Source: Candidatus Woesebacteria bacterium (GTDB taxonomy: Bacteria; Patescibacteriota; Microgenomatia; UBA12405). Taken from it: a DNA stretch of 64,000 nt. The position numbers were made by a program, and so were the translations under genes. The notes beneath the pieces were generated by a model. The model saw only the letters and a list, made by a program, of their open reading frames with translations. It was not told the DNA's origin and did not search any database. Below, piece by piece: positions 46,552 through 56,773 of this stretch (the stretch's first letter is position 1; each line of letters opens with the position of its first letter). The stretch covers positions 49,801-113,800 of the forward strand of contig DAONDY010000002.1 of the NCBI GenBank assembly GCA_035402805.1. Direction: 5' to 3'.

Positions 46552-47799
46552 GTGTGGCTATTTCTGTTTTTACTTTTAATTCCAACTCAATTAGGTCGAC
46601 ATTTTTGGCCTGATTGGAGTTATGTGTTGGGAATTAGGGTTGATTACCTATCCCCTACTTTATATTTATTGGATTTGGTTTGGATTGGAATATTAGTTAA
46701 AAGTTTAAAGTCGAAAGTTGGTCAAATAAAAAACTTTTTTAATTTTAAAAATTTACTAATTTTGGGATTTATAGCGATAAATATCCTAATAGCAGTAAAT
46801 CCATGGGTGGCAGTTTATAAATGGCTTAGAATAGGGCAACTATTAATCAGTTTTTGGTATTTTAGAGAAAATAAAAAAATAATAAAAGAAAAGTTAATAA
46901 AAATCATTCCTTGTTGGATTGTTTTTGAAAGCTTATTGGCGGTGGCGCAAATAGCAAAGAATGGAAGTTTAAATGGGATTTTTTATTGGCTGGGGGAAAG
47001 AAGTTTTACTTTTAGCACGATTGGAATTGCTCAGATTTCAGTTTTAGGACGGGGTTTGATTAGGGCTTATGGAACTTTTTCACATCCGAATAGTTTGGCT
47101 GGATTTTTATTAGTAAGTTTGTTGTTGTGGTATTGGATAAAACCTCTCTGTCTCGATAAATCGAGACATCTCCCCTTAAAAAAGGGAGAAGTCTTTTTAA
47201 ATATTTTTTGGTGGGCGGTGTTTTGGTTGGGGTTATTGGGAATATTAGTTTCTGGAAGTAGAACTGTTTGGGTTTTAAAGTTAGGATTAATTTTATTTTT
47301 GGTTTTAAGGAATTTGAAAAATAAGAAAAACATTATTGGTTTTATTTTATTATTTTTGGGAGTAGTGGCTTTTGTCTTAAGATTGGTAAATATGGAATAT
47401 CATGTTTCAGATTTTTTGGGAGGGTGGGATTCTGATGGAATTGAAAAAAGAATCCAATTAAATATTTCCGGGTTAAAAATGATTAAAGAATCCCCTTGGT
47501 TTGGGGTGGGTTTAGGAAATTTTTTGGTAAGATTACCTGAATTTCAAAAAAATAATGGAATTTTTTGGCTACAGCCAGTACATAATATTTTAATTTTAGC
47601 TTTGAGCCAGGTGGGAATATTGGGACTAGTAATATTAATTTATAATTTTCGATTTCTAATTTTTGAAAATAAGAAAAGAGATAATTTTGTTTTTAAAATA
47701 ATTTTGGGAATAGTGATAATAACAGGAATGATGGATCATTATTGGCTGACGTTACCCCAAAATTGGTGGCTATTAACTTTGGTTTTGGGAATGATTTAA
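46552..47799 (+). CDS. O-antigen ligase family protein
   Basis: RAYGTFSHPNSLAGF, GVGLGNF, PVHNI, DHY. Confidence 0.85.
   Translation: MWLFLFLLLIPTQLGRHFWPDWSYVLGIRVDYLSPTLYLLDLVWIGILVKSLKSKVGQIKNFFNFKNLLILGFIAINILIAVNPWVAVYKWLRIGQLLISFWYFRENKKIIKEKLIKIIPCWIVFESLLAVAQIAKNGSLNGIFYWLGERSFTFSTIGIAQISVLGRGLIRAYGTFSHPNSLAGFLLVSLLLWYWIKPLCLDKSRHLPLKKGEVFLNIFWWAVFWLGLLGILVSGSRTVWVLKLGLILFLVLRNLKNKKNIIGFILLFLGVVAFVLRLVNMEYHVSDFLGGWDSDGIEKRIQLNISGLKMIKESPWFGVGLGNFLVRLPEFQKNNGIFWLQPVHNILILALSQVGILGLVILIYNFRFLIFENKKRDNFVFKIILGIVIITGMMDHYWLTLPQNWWLLTLVLGMI
47143..47193 (+). repeat. Repeat family A copy in-frame inside O-antigen ligase
   Basis: CCTCTCTGTCTCGATAAATCGAGACATCTCCCCTTAAAAAAGGGAGAAGTC. Confidence 0.9.
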
Positions 47800-47800
47800 T

Positions 47801-47847
47801 CCTCTCTCCGGATAAACCGGTATCTCCCCTTAACAAAGGGAGAAGTC
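47801..47847 (+). repeat. Repeat family A copy
   Basis: CCTCTCTCCGGATAAACCGGTATCTCCCCTTAACAAAGGGAGAAGTC. Confidence 0.9.
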
Positions 47848-47878
47848 TTTATTTTGTTATTTTAAGTTAAAATAAATT

Positions 47879-49096
47879 ATGTTGAAAAAGACGCTTTTGA
47901 ATACTTGGGTGCAAATTGTGGCAAAAGCAATTACGATTTTAATAAGTTTAGTAACAACTGGTTTATTAACCAGAAAATTGGGTGCTAATGTTTATGGTAG
48001 TTATACTTTGGTGGTTTCAGTTTTTTTGCTTTTGGATTCAATTTCTGATTTTGGAACCAAAGTAATAGGAGTAAAAGAAGCGGCAAACAAAGAAGGAGAA
48101 GAAAGAAATAGGTTGTTTATGCAAGTGGCTTGGACAAGGTTGTTGACTACCCTACTAGCTTTTATTTTAGGGTTGATTTTGATCTTTGGCTGGAAAGGAT
48201 TTGGTGAAATTAAAGGAGAGGCCTTGGTGGCCTTGATAATGATTTGGTTTACTTCAGTTGCAGGAAGTTTGGAGATAATTTTTCAAACCGAGCTGAGGAT
48301 GGAACTCAAAGTTATAATGGATATTATTTTCCCTTTGATATTTTTAATAATTCTTTTGTTTTGGAATAGTCCAATTACTTTAATGTGGGTATTTGGGGTA
48401 TATTTATTAGCAAGAATTTTGAGCTTAAGTATTGGCTGGAGACTTTTAAAACGGGTTTTAAAATCATTTAAATTGCAATTTTTTAATAAAAAATTTGTAC
48501 TTTCTTTTTTGAAAGAATCATGGCCAATGGGAGTATATCTGTTGGTTTTTACCGGTTATGATAGAGCAATTGATTCATTGATGATTGATAGATTTATTGG
48601 AATTAAAGAGGTGGCTTTTTATGGTTTGGCTTATAAAATTTATTCTAATTTAGTCCAACCTGCTTACTATTTTGTTAATAGTATTTTTCCAATTTTATCG
48701 GGCAAATCGCAAAATAAAAAAAGTATATTTAAATGGTCAATAGTGATCTTGTTAGGGGTTTTGATGATGGGTATTCCAATTGCCTATTTATTGGCACCAT
48801 TGGCGATAAAAGTATTAGCTGGAAGTGGTTTTGATTCTTCAGTAAAGATATTAAGAATATTACTGATTCCCCTGTTTTTTTCTTATTTTAGCCACTTGAT
48901 TGGCTTTACTTTAATAGCTAAAGGTGGACAAAAACAAGTATTAGTGTTGGGATTGATAACTTTAGTTTTTAATTTTGTCGGCAACTTAATAATGATTCCG
49001 AGATTTGGAATTGTTGGGGCAGCTTGGATAACTGGAGCTAGTGAAGCTTTGGCTTGCGGATTGATGGTTTTGGCCTTGAAAAGAAAAGTAAATTAA
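47879..49096 (+). CDS. Wzx-like oligosaccharide flippase
   Basis: About 12 TM helices, LTRKLG...YG.Y, IPRFGIVGAAW. Confidence 0.85.
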   Translation: MLKKTLLNTWVQIVAKAITILISLVTTGLLTRKLGANVYGSYTLVVSVFLLLDSISDFGTKVIGVKEAANKEGEERNRLFMQVAWTRLLTTLLAFILGLILIFGWKGFGEIKGEALVALIMIWFTSVAGSLEIIFQTELRMELKVIMDIIFPLIFLIILLFWNSPITLMWVFGVYLLARILSLSIGWRLLKRVLKSFKLQFFNKKFVLSFLKESWPMGVYLLVFTGYDRAIDSLMIDRFIGIKEVAFYGLAYKIYSNLVQPAYYFVNSIFPILSGKSQNKKSIFKWSIVILLGVLMMGIPIAYLLAPLAIKVLAGSGFDSSVKILRILLIPLFFSYFSHLIGFTLIAKGGQKQVLVLGLITLVFNFVGNLIMIPRFGIVGAAWITGASEALACGLMVLALKRKVN

Positions 49097-49115
49097 ATTT
49101 ATTTTTTAAATTTTC

Positions 49116-49177
49116 CTCACAAATTTTTTACGTCTGGTGAATGTGCGGCGCACGTTCAAGGCCGTAAAAAATTGCGA
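49116..49177 (+). repeat. Palindromic repeat family B' copy
   Basis: AATTTTTTACG...GAATGTGCGGCGCACGTTC...CGTAAAAAATT; related copy at 54884-54953. Confidence 0.75.
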
Positions 49178-49432
49178 TTTCAACTTTAAAAAATATATAT
49201 TTGATATATTCCCCTGTTTAAAATTATTACAGATTTTGTATCTATATTTTGGCCACTGGAATCAGATTCTGACGAATTTTAACTTAATGATTAGCTTCGG
49301 AACAATTACTTTTTGTAAGTAAAACCAACCTTTTTATTTAATAAATAATGACAAAAACGATCACTCAAGTTATGACGTTTTTTCACGTTCTAGGGGAGGT
49401 AAACTTTAGCGTCTGAACCTTTTTAAGAGGAA

Positions 49433-49461
49433 ATAACCGCATAATAACCGAAAGATAACCG
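49433..49461 (+). promoter_or_regulatory. Three ATAACCG direct repeats at 11-bp period
   Basis: ATAACCG at 49433, 49444, 49455, upstream of the 49499 gene. Confidence 0.5.
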
Positions 49462-49498
49462 CAAGAAATTTTTGGGAAGATTTAAGTTAAAATAAACT

Positions 49499-52450
49499 AT
49501 GAATTCTGCACTGCCCTTCGCTTTAATTATTGGAATAGAACATTTTGCGGCCAAAAAATTGGCCGAAGAGTTGTCGGAGAAAGATATAAATGTGGTGGGA
49601 GTGGGGGATTATGTAGCCGGATTAAGCGAAATCAAAAATTTTGAATGGCTAATGGATTTGTCTGAAGTTAACGGTAAATTTAACTATGTTTTTGATTTTA
49701 AAGGAGACGAAGAACTTTGGGAAACAGAACAGTTTAAGGGAGAAAAAATCACTCTAATCTGCATTAATGATAAAGAAAAAGCAAAACAAATTGGAAATGA
49801 TCTGGATAACTTAAATTTAAATTGGAGAATGGTGGAAGCGAATGGGGTTTATGGCCCAGGGATGGGAGAAAATAATTTTTTGGCTGAAGCGATAAAACAG
49901 GCAGTGGTTAATAAGAATTTAGTATTGCCTGATTTAAAAAGTAAATTTAGAATTTTGGCGATAGATGATTTAGTCGAGGCAATTTTGAGGGCGAGTTTTT
50001 TATCGGGAACAGAAAAAGAAAAATTTTTAATAATGGGTGATAGAATAAACAGCGAAGAAGTGGCTAAAGTATTGATAGATGAGGCAAAAATGACCAGATA
50101 TAAGGTGCTTCAGGAGGAAATTGAAACCGAGGAAATTGATGAGGAAAGATTAAAAGAAAGTAATCGAAAATTGAGATGGGAGCCAAAAATTGATTTTAAA
50201 AATGGAATAAAAGAAACTTTACAATATTTTTTTTCAAAAGCTGATGAGGAAAACAGAAAGAAGAAGCCAGAAAAAAAAGAAGTTACAAAAAAAATGGAAG
50301 TTATTGAACCTGAACCGATTAAGAAAGAGCCAAAAAAAAGAGAAATGGAAGTAGTCGTGGAAGAGGAAATACCTAAAGAAAAAATTAAAAATGAAGATGT
50401 TTTGGAAGAAATAGAGAGTTTTTATAAACAAAAAAAGACGAGCTTGGAAGTGAAGGAGGTTGAAAAAGAGCAAAAAGAAGACAAAATCGAAATAGTAGAT
50501 GAATCTTTTGATGAGGAAATTAATCTGCCAATAGTTTCGCAGCCTATTCAGATAGAAGAAAAAAAAGAAGAAATAAAATTGGAAGAGAAAAAGAAGCCAG
50601 TTAAAAAAAATAGGTTTAAATGGAAATTACCTTTGTTATTTTTGGCGATTTTTATGCTTTTAGTAGTGCCGATAAATTGGACGATATCAACGATTTTGGC
50701 AGCAAATAATATAAAGCAAAATTTAACCTTAATTGAGGCAAAAAAATATAAACAAGTAGAAGAATTGTCGAATAAAAACTTGTCGAGAATCAAAAAGATT
50801 GATCAACAAATAGATGATTGGGGATTGAATAAATTAAAAATAATTAGAAATTATCAGACTTTATTAAAAATTGGAGAGGATGTATTTAAATTGGAAAAAG
50901 ATTCAATTGCAATGAGTCAAAGTGCTGATTTAATTAGCCAGGCAATTTTTAAGGAAAGAAAAATTAATTTTATTGACGAGTTGGATAAAGAAGAAGAATT
51001 GTTAATAAATTTTGAAAATGAATTAGGTTTGATTTTAGCAAGATTAAATGGCGATTATGGTTGGTTACCAGCAAAGTGGAGGTTAAGTTTACAAAAACAG
51101 GCCCAAGAGATGAAGGAAATAAAAGAAAAAATGGGATTAATATCAAAGGCAATTAAAATATTGCCGGAGATGTTGGGGTTAGATGGAAAAAAGAGGGAAT
51201 ATATGGTGTTGTTTCAAAATGAATCAGAATTGAGAGCCACCGGAGGATTTATTGGAAGTTATGGAATATTAAGTTTTCAAGGAGGGCAACTTTTAAATTT
51301 TGATATAAAAGATGTTTACGAAGCTGATGGCCAAATGAAGGGACATGTGGAGCCGCCAATAGAAATAAAAACTTATCTAAATGAAGCCAATTGGTTTATG
51401 AGGGATGCAAATTGGAGTCCAAACTTTACTAGGGCTTCGGCAGATATTCAGTGGTTTTTAGATAAAGAAATTAATCGAAAGGTCGATGGAGTTTTTGGGG
51501 TTAATTTGGCCGTAGCAAAAGCAATTGTGTCGGTGATGGGAGAGGTGGAAGTGCCTAGCTTTAATGAAAAAATTACCAAAGACAATTTATATGAACAGGC
51601 GGAATATTATTCGGAAAATAAGTTTTTTCCTGGGTCAACTCAGAAGGCTAGCTTTTTAGGGGCTTTAGGAAAACAAATTTTTGAAAATATAAAAGAGTTA
51701 AAGGTGAAACAGCAATTAAATTTAATAACGACCTTGGTTGAATTATTAGAAAAAAATGAAATCCAATTAGCTTTTAATAATAAAGAAGTGGCAGTAATAG
51801 TAGCTAATTTAGGTTGGAATGGAGCCATTTATAACGGAAAATGTTCGGAAGAGAATTGCTTTTCAGATTATTTATTTATAGTCGATTCTAATTTGGGAGT
51901 AAATAAGTCCAATTATTTTTTGTATAGAAATGTGGAACAAATGGTTGATATTAGCGCAAATTCGGTAGGAAGAATTTTAAAAATTAATTATGAAAATACA
52001 GCTAAAAATAATAATTTTCCGGGCGGAGATTATAAAAACTATTTAAGGGTCTATTTACCAATAAATGTTAACTTGTCTCAAATCAGCCTTATTGACAGCA
52101 ATAATGCTAGTTTGAAAAAAGTTTACACTAATGATGAAATTAGAATTAAAGAAGTGGATGGGAAGAAAGAAGTTGGGTTTTTGGTAACAGTGCCAGTAAA
52201 CAGTAAAAAAATAGTGGAAATTAGGTATTCAAGTGAAAATAATTTAAGCGATAAAAATAAATTTTCTTACCTAAATTATATTCAGAAACAATCTGGTTTC
52301 GGGGATACTGGCTTGGTAACTTTAGTGTCATTTCCTAATGATTGGCAACCTTTACAAGTGGAGCCACAAGCAAGTATTGTGGGAGGTAAATTACTTTTTA
52401 ATCAGAAGTTAGATAAAGATATTAAAATGGGGTTAGAATTGGGAAAATAA
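49499..52450 (+). CDS. DUF4012-type membrane-anchored protein with degenerate N-terminal NAD-epimerase-like domain
   Basis: VYGPGM...WEPKIDF..GIKET; charged linker; TM; LFQNESELRATGGFIGSY, RDANWSPNF. Confidence 0.8.
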   Translation: MNSALPFALIIGIEHFAAKKLAEELSEKDINVVGVGDYVAGLSEIKNFEWLMDLSEVNGKFNYVFDFKGDEELWETEQFKGEKITLICINDKEKAKQIGNDLDNLNLNWRMVEANGVYGPGMGENNFLAEAIKQAVVNKNLVLPDLKSKFRILAIDDLVEAILRASFLSGTEKEKFLIMGDRINSEEVAKVLIDEAKMTRYKVLQEEIETEEIDEERLKESNRKLRWEPKIDFKNGIKETLQYFFSKADEENRKKKPEKKEVTKKMEVIEPEPIKKEPKKREMEVVVEEEIPKEKIKNEDVLEEIESFYKQKKTSLEVKEVEKEQKEDKIEIVDESFDEEINLPIVSQPIQIEEKKEEIKLEEKKKPVKKNRFKWKLPLLFLAIFMLLVVPINWTISTILAANNIKQNLTLIEAKKYKQVEELSNKNLSRIKKIDQQIDDWGLNKLKIIRNYQTLLKIGEDVFKLEKDSIAMSQSADLISQAIFKERKINFIDELDKEEELLINFENELGLILARLNGDYGWLPAKWRLSLQKQAQEMKEIKEKMGLISKAIKILPEMLGLDGKKREYMVLFQNESELRATGGFIGSYGILSFQGGQLLNFDIKDVYEADGQMKGHVEPPIEIKTYLNEANWFMRDANWSPNFTRASADIQWFLDKEINRKVDGVFGVNLAVAKAIVSVMGEVEVPSFNEKITKDNLYEQAEYYSENKFFPGSTQKASFLGALGKQIFENIKELKVKQQLNLITTLVELLEKNEIQLAFNNKEVAVIVANLGWNGAIYNGKCSEENCFSDYLFIVDSNLGVNKSNYFLYRNVEQMVDISANSVGRILKINYENTAKNNNFPGGDYKNYLRVYLPINVNLSQISLIDSNNASLKKVYTNDEIRIKEVDGKKEVGFLVTVPVNSKKIVEIRYSSENNLSDKNKFSYLNYIQKQSGFGDTGLVTLVSFPNDWQPLQVEPQASIVGGKLLFNQKLDKDIKMGLELGK

Positions 52451-52451
52451 T

Positions 52452-52772
52452 ATGAAAAATGTAATAGAAGATTTTGTCTGTGAAGTTTGTGGAGAAAAAG
52501 TGGTCGGTAATGGAACAACTGATCATTGTCCTAATTGCTTATGGGGAAAACATGTAGACGAGGCGATTCCAGGAGACAGAGCTAGTAAATGTCGAGGATT
52601 AATGAAACCAATTGCGGCCGAATATCGAAATGAAGGCTTTAGAATTTTTTATAAATGTGAAAAATGTAATCATGAATTTTGGGTGAAAGCGGCGGAGGAT
52701 AATAGGGGAAAGAAGGATAATAGAGAAATATTAATGGAATTAACAAAGAACCCTTATTCAGTTGCGGAATAA
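52452..52772 (+). CDS. RNHCP-domain zinc-binding protein
   Basis: FVCEVCG, TDHCPNCLWGKHVD..PGDRAS.C.G.M. Confidence 0.85.
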   Translation: MKNVIEDFVCEVCGEKVVGNGTTDHCPNCLWGKHVDEAIPGDRASKCRGLMKPIAAEYRNEGFRIFYKCEKCNHEFWVKAAEDNRGKKDNREILMELTKNPYSVAE

Positions 52773-52800
52773 AAACGGTTTATTTGCGGAGAATTTCTTG

Positions 52801-52879
52801 GCTCGATAACATTTTTACCGTGTTCACGCCCTTCGGCATTGCACCTCGGATGTTGCGCGCGGAAAAATATTATCTTCGC
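52801..52879 (+). repeat. Palindromic repeat family B copy (intergenic)
   Basis: Near-identical to 33524-33602. Confidence 0.85.
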
Positions 52880-52936
52880 CCTGATTTTGTTTTAAATTAG
52901 CTTAGAGGGAGAACTAATTGATGTTATAATATCAAG

Positions 52937-54868
52937 ATGAAAATTTTTGAAGAAATAAAGAAAAAAATAGGGTTAGATAAAAACAAAACAGAAAAGAAAA
53001 AAGCTGAGAAAAAAAATACCATACCTAAGGAATTGTTGGATAATTTGCCGCCAGGGGTGAAGATTAAAAGAATTGAAATTGGGCCAAAACAAATTGTAAA
53101 ACTAGTGATTTATTTAATATTGGGTTATTGGATTTTATCGACCTTAGTTTCGGTTTTATTGCCAGAAACTGTGTCTTCGGTACCAATTTCTGATGTGATT
53201 ACAGCCGTTAAAAAAGATGAAGTGGAAAAAATTGTGGTGGCAGATAACCAGATAATAGCGACTTTAAAAAGTGAGGATAAAACGATGGTGGCTTCCAAAG
53301 AAACAGCGATCTCCATGACAGAAATTTTACAAAAAGAAGGGGTTGATTTAGAAAAAGTAGATTTGCAAATTGAAAATAGAACTGGTTGGAAAATGTTGGG
53401 TGAAATTTTAACCTTATTTTTATCCTTTGGGTTACCAATTCTTTTTATTTTATGGATTTTTAAAAAACAAAGCGGGGGAGCCGGTGGCGGAGTTTTTGGT
53501 TTTGGAAAATCAACAGCTAAACTTTTTATCAAGGGAAAACAAAGTTTGACTTTTAAAGATGTAGCTGGGGTTGAAGAGGCAAAAAATGATTTAGTGGAAG
53601 TGGTTGATTTTTTAAAACATCCAGAAAAATATCATAAAATGGGAGCAAGAGCCCCCAAGGGAGTGCTTTTGGTAGGTCCAAGTGGGGTTGGTAAAACTTT
53701 GTTAGCAAAAGCAGTGGCAGGCGAGGCTGGGGTGCCATTTTATTCAATGGCCGGATCGGAATTTATGGAAATGTTGGTGGGAGTGGGAGCTAGTCGTGTT
53801 CGAGATTTGTTTGGAACAGCTAAAAAGGCTGGTAAAGCAATTATTTTTATTGATGAAATTGATGCCATAGGTCGAGTTAGAGGAGGAATGGATGGTGGTC
53901 ATGGAGAAAGAGAGCAAACATTAAACCAAATTTTAGTGGAAATGGATGGATTTGAAGCAAATACGGCGGTGGTGGTGTTAGCGGCAACTAATAGGGGAGA
54001 TTTATTGGATCCAGCCTTATTACGACCTGGTCGATTTGATAGAAGGGTAGTGTTGGAATTGCCAGATTTAGAGGCCAGAAAAGAAATTTTAAAAATCCAT
54101 GCTCGAGGAAAACCGTTTGATGAAGATGTAAATTGGGATTTGGTAGCAAAATCAACAGTAGGATTTTCTGGAGCAGAATTGGAAAATATGTTAAATGAGG
54201 CAGCAATTGGGGCGGCTAGATTTAATAAAACAAAAATTAGCAGAAAAGATATTGATGATGCCAGTTTAAAAGTGAAATTAGGAGCAGAAAAAAAGAGGAG
54301 TCAAAGTGATGAGGATAAATTAATGACAGCTTATCATGAAGCTGGACATGCAATTGTCAACTATGTAGAAGAACTAGATCCGGTTTCGAAAATTTCGATA
54401 ATTTCCCGAGGAATGGCATTAGGATTTACCTTAGTTCCACCACAAAAGGATGAAATTCATCATACAAAAAGTAAATTAATAAAGAAAATGGCGATGGCGA
54501 TGGGAGGAAGAGCGGCCGAAGAAATAATCTTTAAAGATATTACAACGGGAGCGTCTTCAGATATTTCTCATGCAACTAACATTGCTAGAAATATGGTGGT
54601 GGAATGGGGAATGAGTGATTTAGGACCAGTTAACTTGGGTCCACAAATTGACATGGATGATTTTGGTAAAGCTTATATGGAACCATCAAAAATTTCTGAC
54701 AGCATGCAAGGAAAAGTTGATGAAAAAATTAAAGACTTTGTAGAGACTGCCTATTCTGAGGCTAAAAAAGTTTTAACTAAAAATAAAATTAAATTAGACA
54801 AAGTGGCCAAGGCGTTGGCAGAAAAAGAAAGTTTAGATCAGGAAGAGTTTGAAGAATTAATGAAATAA
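52937..54868 (+). CDS. ftsH: ATP-dependent zinc metalloprotease FtsH
   Basis: Two [31 protein letters not shown]. Confidence 0.97.
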   Translation: MKIFEEIKKKIGLDKNKTEKKKAEKKNTIPKELLDNLPPGVKIKRIEIGPKQIVKLVIYLILGYWILSTLVSVLLPETVSSVPISDVITAVKKDEVEKIVVADNQIIATLKSEDKTMVASKETAISMTEILQKEGVDLEKVDLQIENRTGWKMLGEILTLFLSFGLPILFILWIFKKQSGGAGGGVFGFGKSTAKLFIKGKQSLTFKDVAGVEEAKNDLVEVVDFLKHPEKYHKMGARAPKGVLLVGPSGVGKTLLAKAVAGEAGVPFYSMAGSEFMEMLVGVGASRVRDLFGTAKKAGKAIIFIDEIDAIGRVRGGMDGGHGEREQTLNQILVEMDGFEANTAVVVLAATNRGDLLDPALLRPGRFDRRVVLELPDLEARKEILKIHARGKPFDEDVNWDLVAKSTVGFSGAELENMLNEAAIGAARFNKTKISRKDIDDASLKVKLGAEKKRSQSDEDKLMTAYHEAGHAIVNYVEELDPVSKISIISRGMALGFTLVPPQKDEIHHTKSKLIKKMAMAMGGRAAEEIIFKDITTGASSDISHATNIARNMVVEWGMSDLGPVNLGPQIDMDDFGKAYMEPSKISDSMQGKVDEKIKDFVETAYSEAKKVLTKNKIKLDKVAKALAEKESLDQEEFEELMK

Positions 54869-54883
54869 AGTCTTAAAAAAACT

Positions 54884-54953
54884 CTCGCTATGAATTTTTT
54901 ATAATCGGCGAATGTGCGTCGCACGTTCGATATTACAAAAAATTATAGCTTCG
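54884..54953 (+). repeat. Palindromic repeat family B' copy between convergent genes
   Basis: GCTATGAATTTTT...GAATGTGCGTCGCACGTTC...AAAAATTATAGC. Confidence 0.75.
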
Positions 54954-54955
54954 AT

Positions 54956-56647
54956 TTATTTATTTTCCTCAAGGTTGATGATGCGCTGGAGAATGGCCAG
55001 GGAACCAAGAGTGACAGGTTCGATGCCGTTGATGCCAAGATTAGAATCGCCAAGATTTTGGAGGCTAGAATAGGGAGTATCAGAGGAATAATTAATGATA
55101 CCTAAATCAAAAGGACAATTATTTAAATCAATAATGGTGCCTTTAGGGGCTTGTTGATCATAACAACTCTCAGTGATAGCACTTAGATAAGGACCAGATT
55201 CCATTTCGATGACGGTAATATTATTTTTGAAATAATAATTTAAAAGAGCTTTGTTTTCCAAAAAAGTACCTAGAACAGAAACAGCCTTTTGGCGAGTTAA
55301 AATTGAACCTTGATTATTGATGAAAGGAAAATCATCATTAAAACAATTTTTGAAAAGATAAGAATTTTGAGTATGTTCGTCAAAAACTAATCTGGGAATT
55401 TGGATATCACCGATTTCACCGTTTAAAATAGCCGCTTTACCGAGGACATAAACGCCTTTAATACTTTTGACGTTTTCCATGATTTCAGTAAGAACATGAT
55501 AGGCAGAAAATCCTAAAGGATAGTCAATATTAAAGATTAGAGCATTAGATTTTTCAATTTTTAGGTGGTTTTTTATTTTGAGACGAGGGTCAATGTTTTT
55601 TGACTTAACTAGATTTTTAACAGGAAAAATTTGGACGGTGAGATCGAGATAATTGGGATTAGGAATAGTTAAAATTCCCAGTTTTTTTTGGAGGTCTTGG
55701 TAGGCGGTTTTGGTTTCTGGATGAGAAAGAAAATATTTGGAAGCAAAATAGATAAAATCGTTGGGATTTAAAATAGATTTTTTAGATTGAATCTGAGTCC
55801 AAATTTGATAAAGCGAAGGGTGGTCAGTTTTTAGATTAGATAAGATTTCAAATTGATGAGCCAGAGGAAAACCAGTGAAGGCGTTTAAAAGACTGTGATT
55901 ATTACTGGAAACGAAATAAATCTCTTGACGAGAAATATGAAAAGCGGGGGAAACGGTGGTGGCAATGTTTTTCCACCATTTTTGGGTGGACTTAGTGTAA
56001 TTTAACCAGGAAGCAGAGAGAAGCTGAATTTTTAAATTAAGAGTTGATTTGTAGATTTTTTTTAATTTTTTATCCCAATTTGGGCCAAGTGATGAGGTAA
56101 AATTTTGCCATTCTTTTTCGGTGACTTTAAATTTTTTATAAAAATGTTTTGACTCTAAATCTTTTTTAAAAAGTGAATAGAGAGAATAATGCTTATGAAA
56201 AAGCTGGTTAAATTTATTCCATTCAGTTTGAATAGTGATAAGGATATTAGCGATATCGTCGATATCGGAAATTGAAGCGATAAGATAGGCAAGAATATTT
56301 TTTTGGGAATTAAAATGGGCAACTCGGCGGCGACTTTTGGATTCGACTCTTTTCCAATTAGTAACATTTTTATAACCATTATCTTCAAAAATTTCTGGGC
56401 TTTGACCAAGAATTATTTTTTCAACTTCGTCAATAATTTTGGGAAGACGATCCAAAGAGTAAACGAGGGCGGAAAAATCGACTTCTTTGGGATTATCACC
56501 GAGCGGGTGAAGAAGAGAATGCATTTTTAGATGAGAGGCAGAGAGAGAATGAATGGTGACTTCGAGATTGGATTTAAGAGCACTGCGATAAGAACGAACA
56601 TGGTTTTCGATGGAAGAAATATTTGAAGTGGGTAAAAGAGAAGACAT
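54956..56647 (-). CDS. Conserved hypothetical protein; C-terminus resembles nucleoside phosphorylase/AMP nucleosidase fold
   Basis: VYVLGKAAILNGEIGDIQIP, IEMESGPYL, SDTP. Confidence 0.55.
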   Translation of the reverse strand: MSSLLPTSNISSIENHVRSYRSALKSNLEVTIHSLSASHLKMHSLLHPLGDNPKEVDFSALVYSLDRLPKIIDEVEKIILGQSPEIFEDNGYKNVTNWKRVESKSRRRVAHFNSQKNILAYLIASISDIDDIANILITIQTEWNKFNQLFHKHYSLYSLFKKDLESKHFYKKFKVTEKEWQNFTSSLGPNWDKKLKKIYKSTLNLKIQLLSASWLNYTKSTQKWWKNIATTVSPAFHISRQEIYFVSSNNHSLLNAFTGFPLAHQFEILSNLKTDHPSLYQIWTQIQSKKSILNPNDFIYFASKYFLSHPETKTAYQDLQKKLGILTIPNPNYLDLTVQIFPVKNLVKSKNIDPRLKIKNHLKIEKSNALIFNIDYPLGFSAYHVLTEIMENVKSIKGVYVLGKAAILNGEIGDIQIPRLVFDEHTQNSYLFKNCFNDDFPFINNQGSILTRQKAVSVLGTFLENKALLNYYFKNNITVIEMESGPYLSAITESCYDQQAPKGTIIDLNNCPFDLGIINYSSDTPYSSLQNLGDSNLGINGIEPVTLGSLAILQRIINLEENK

Positions 56648-56670
56648 ATAAAAGTTTAACAGAAATTAAA

Positions 56671-56724
56671 CCTCTCTGTCTCTCGATAAACTCGAGACAT
56701 CTCCCCTTAAAAAAGGGAGAAGTC
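56671..56724 (+). repeat. Repeat family A copy 13
   Basis: CCTCTCTGTCTCTCGATAAACTCGAGACATCTCCCCTTAAAAAAGGGAGAAGTC. Confidence 0.9.
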
Positions 56725-56773
56725 GTTAATGCAATAGATTGCAGAAAAAAGTAGGTAAAGGTATAATTGGAGC

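Noticed and set aside
49137-49322. 61-aa ORF, and the similar-starting 54914 ORF
   Set aside because: Both begin inside family B' palindromes; the similarity comes from the DNA repeat, not from a gene family.
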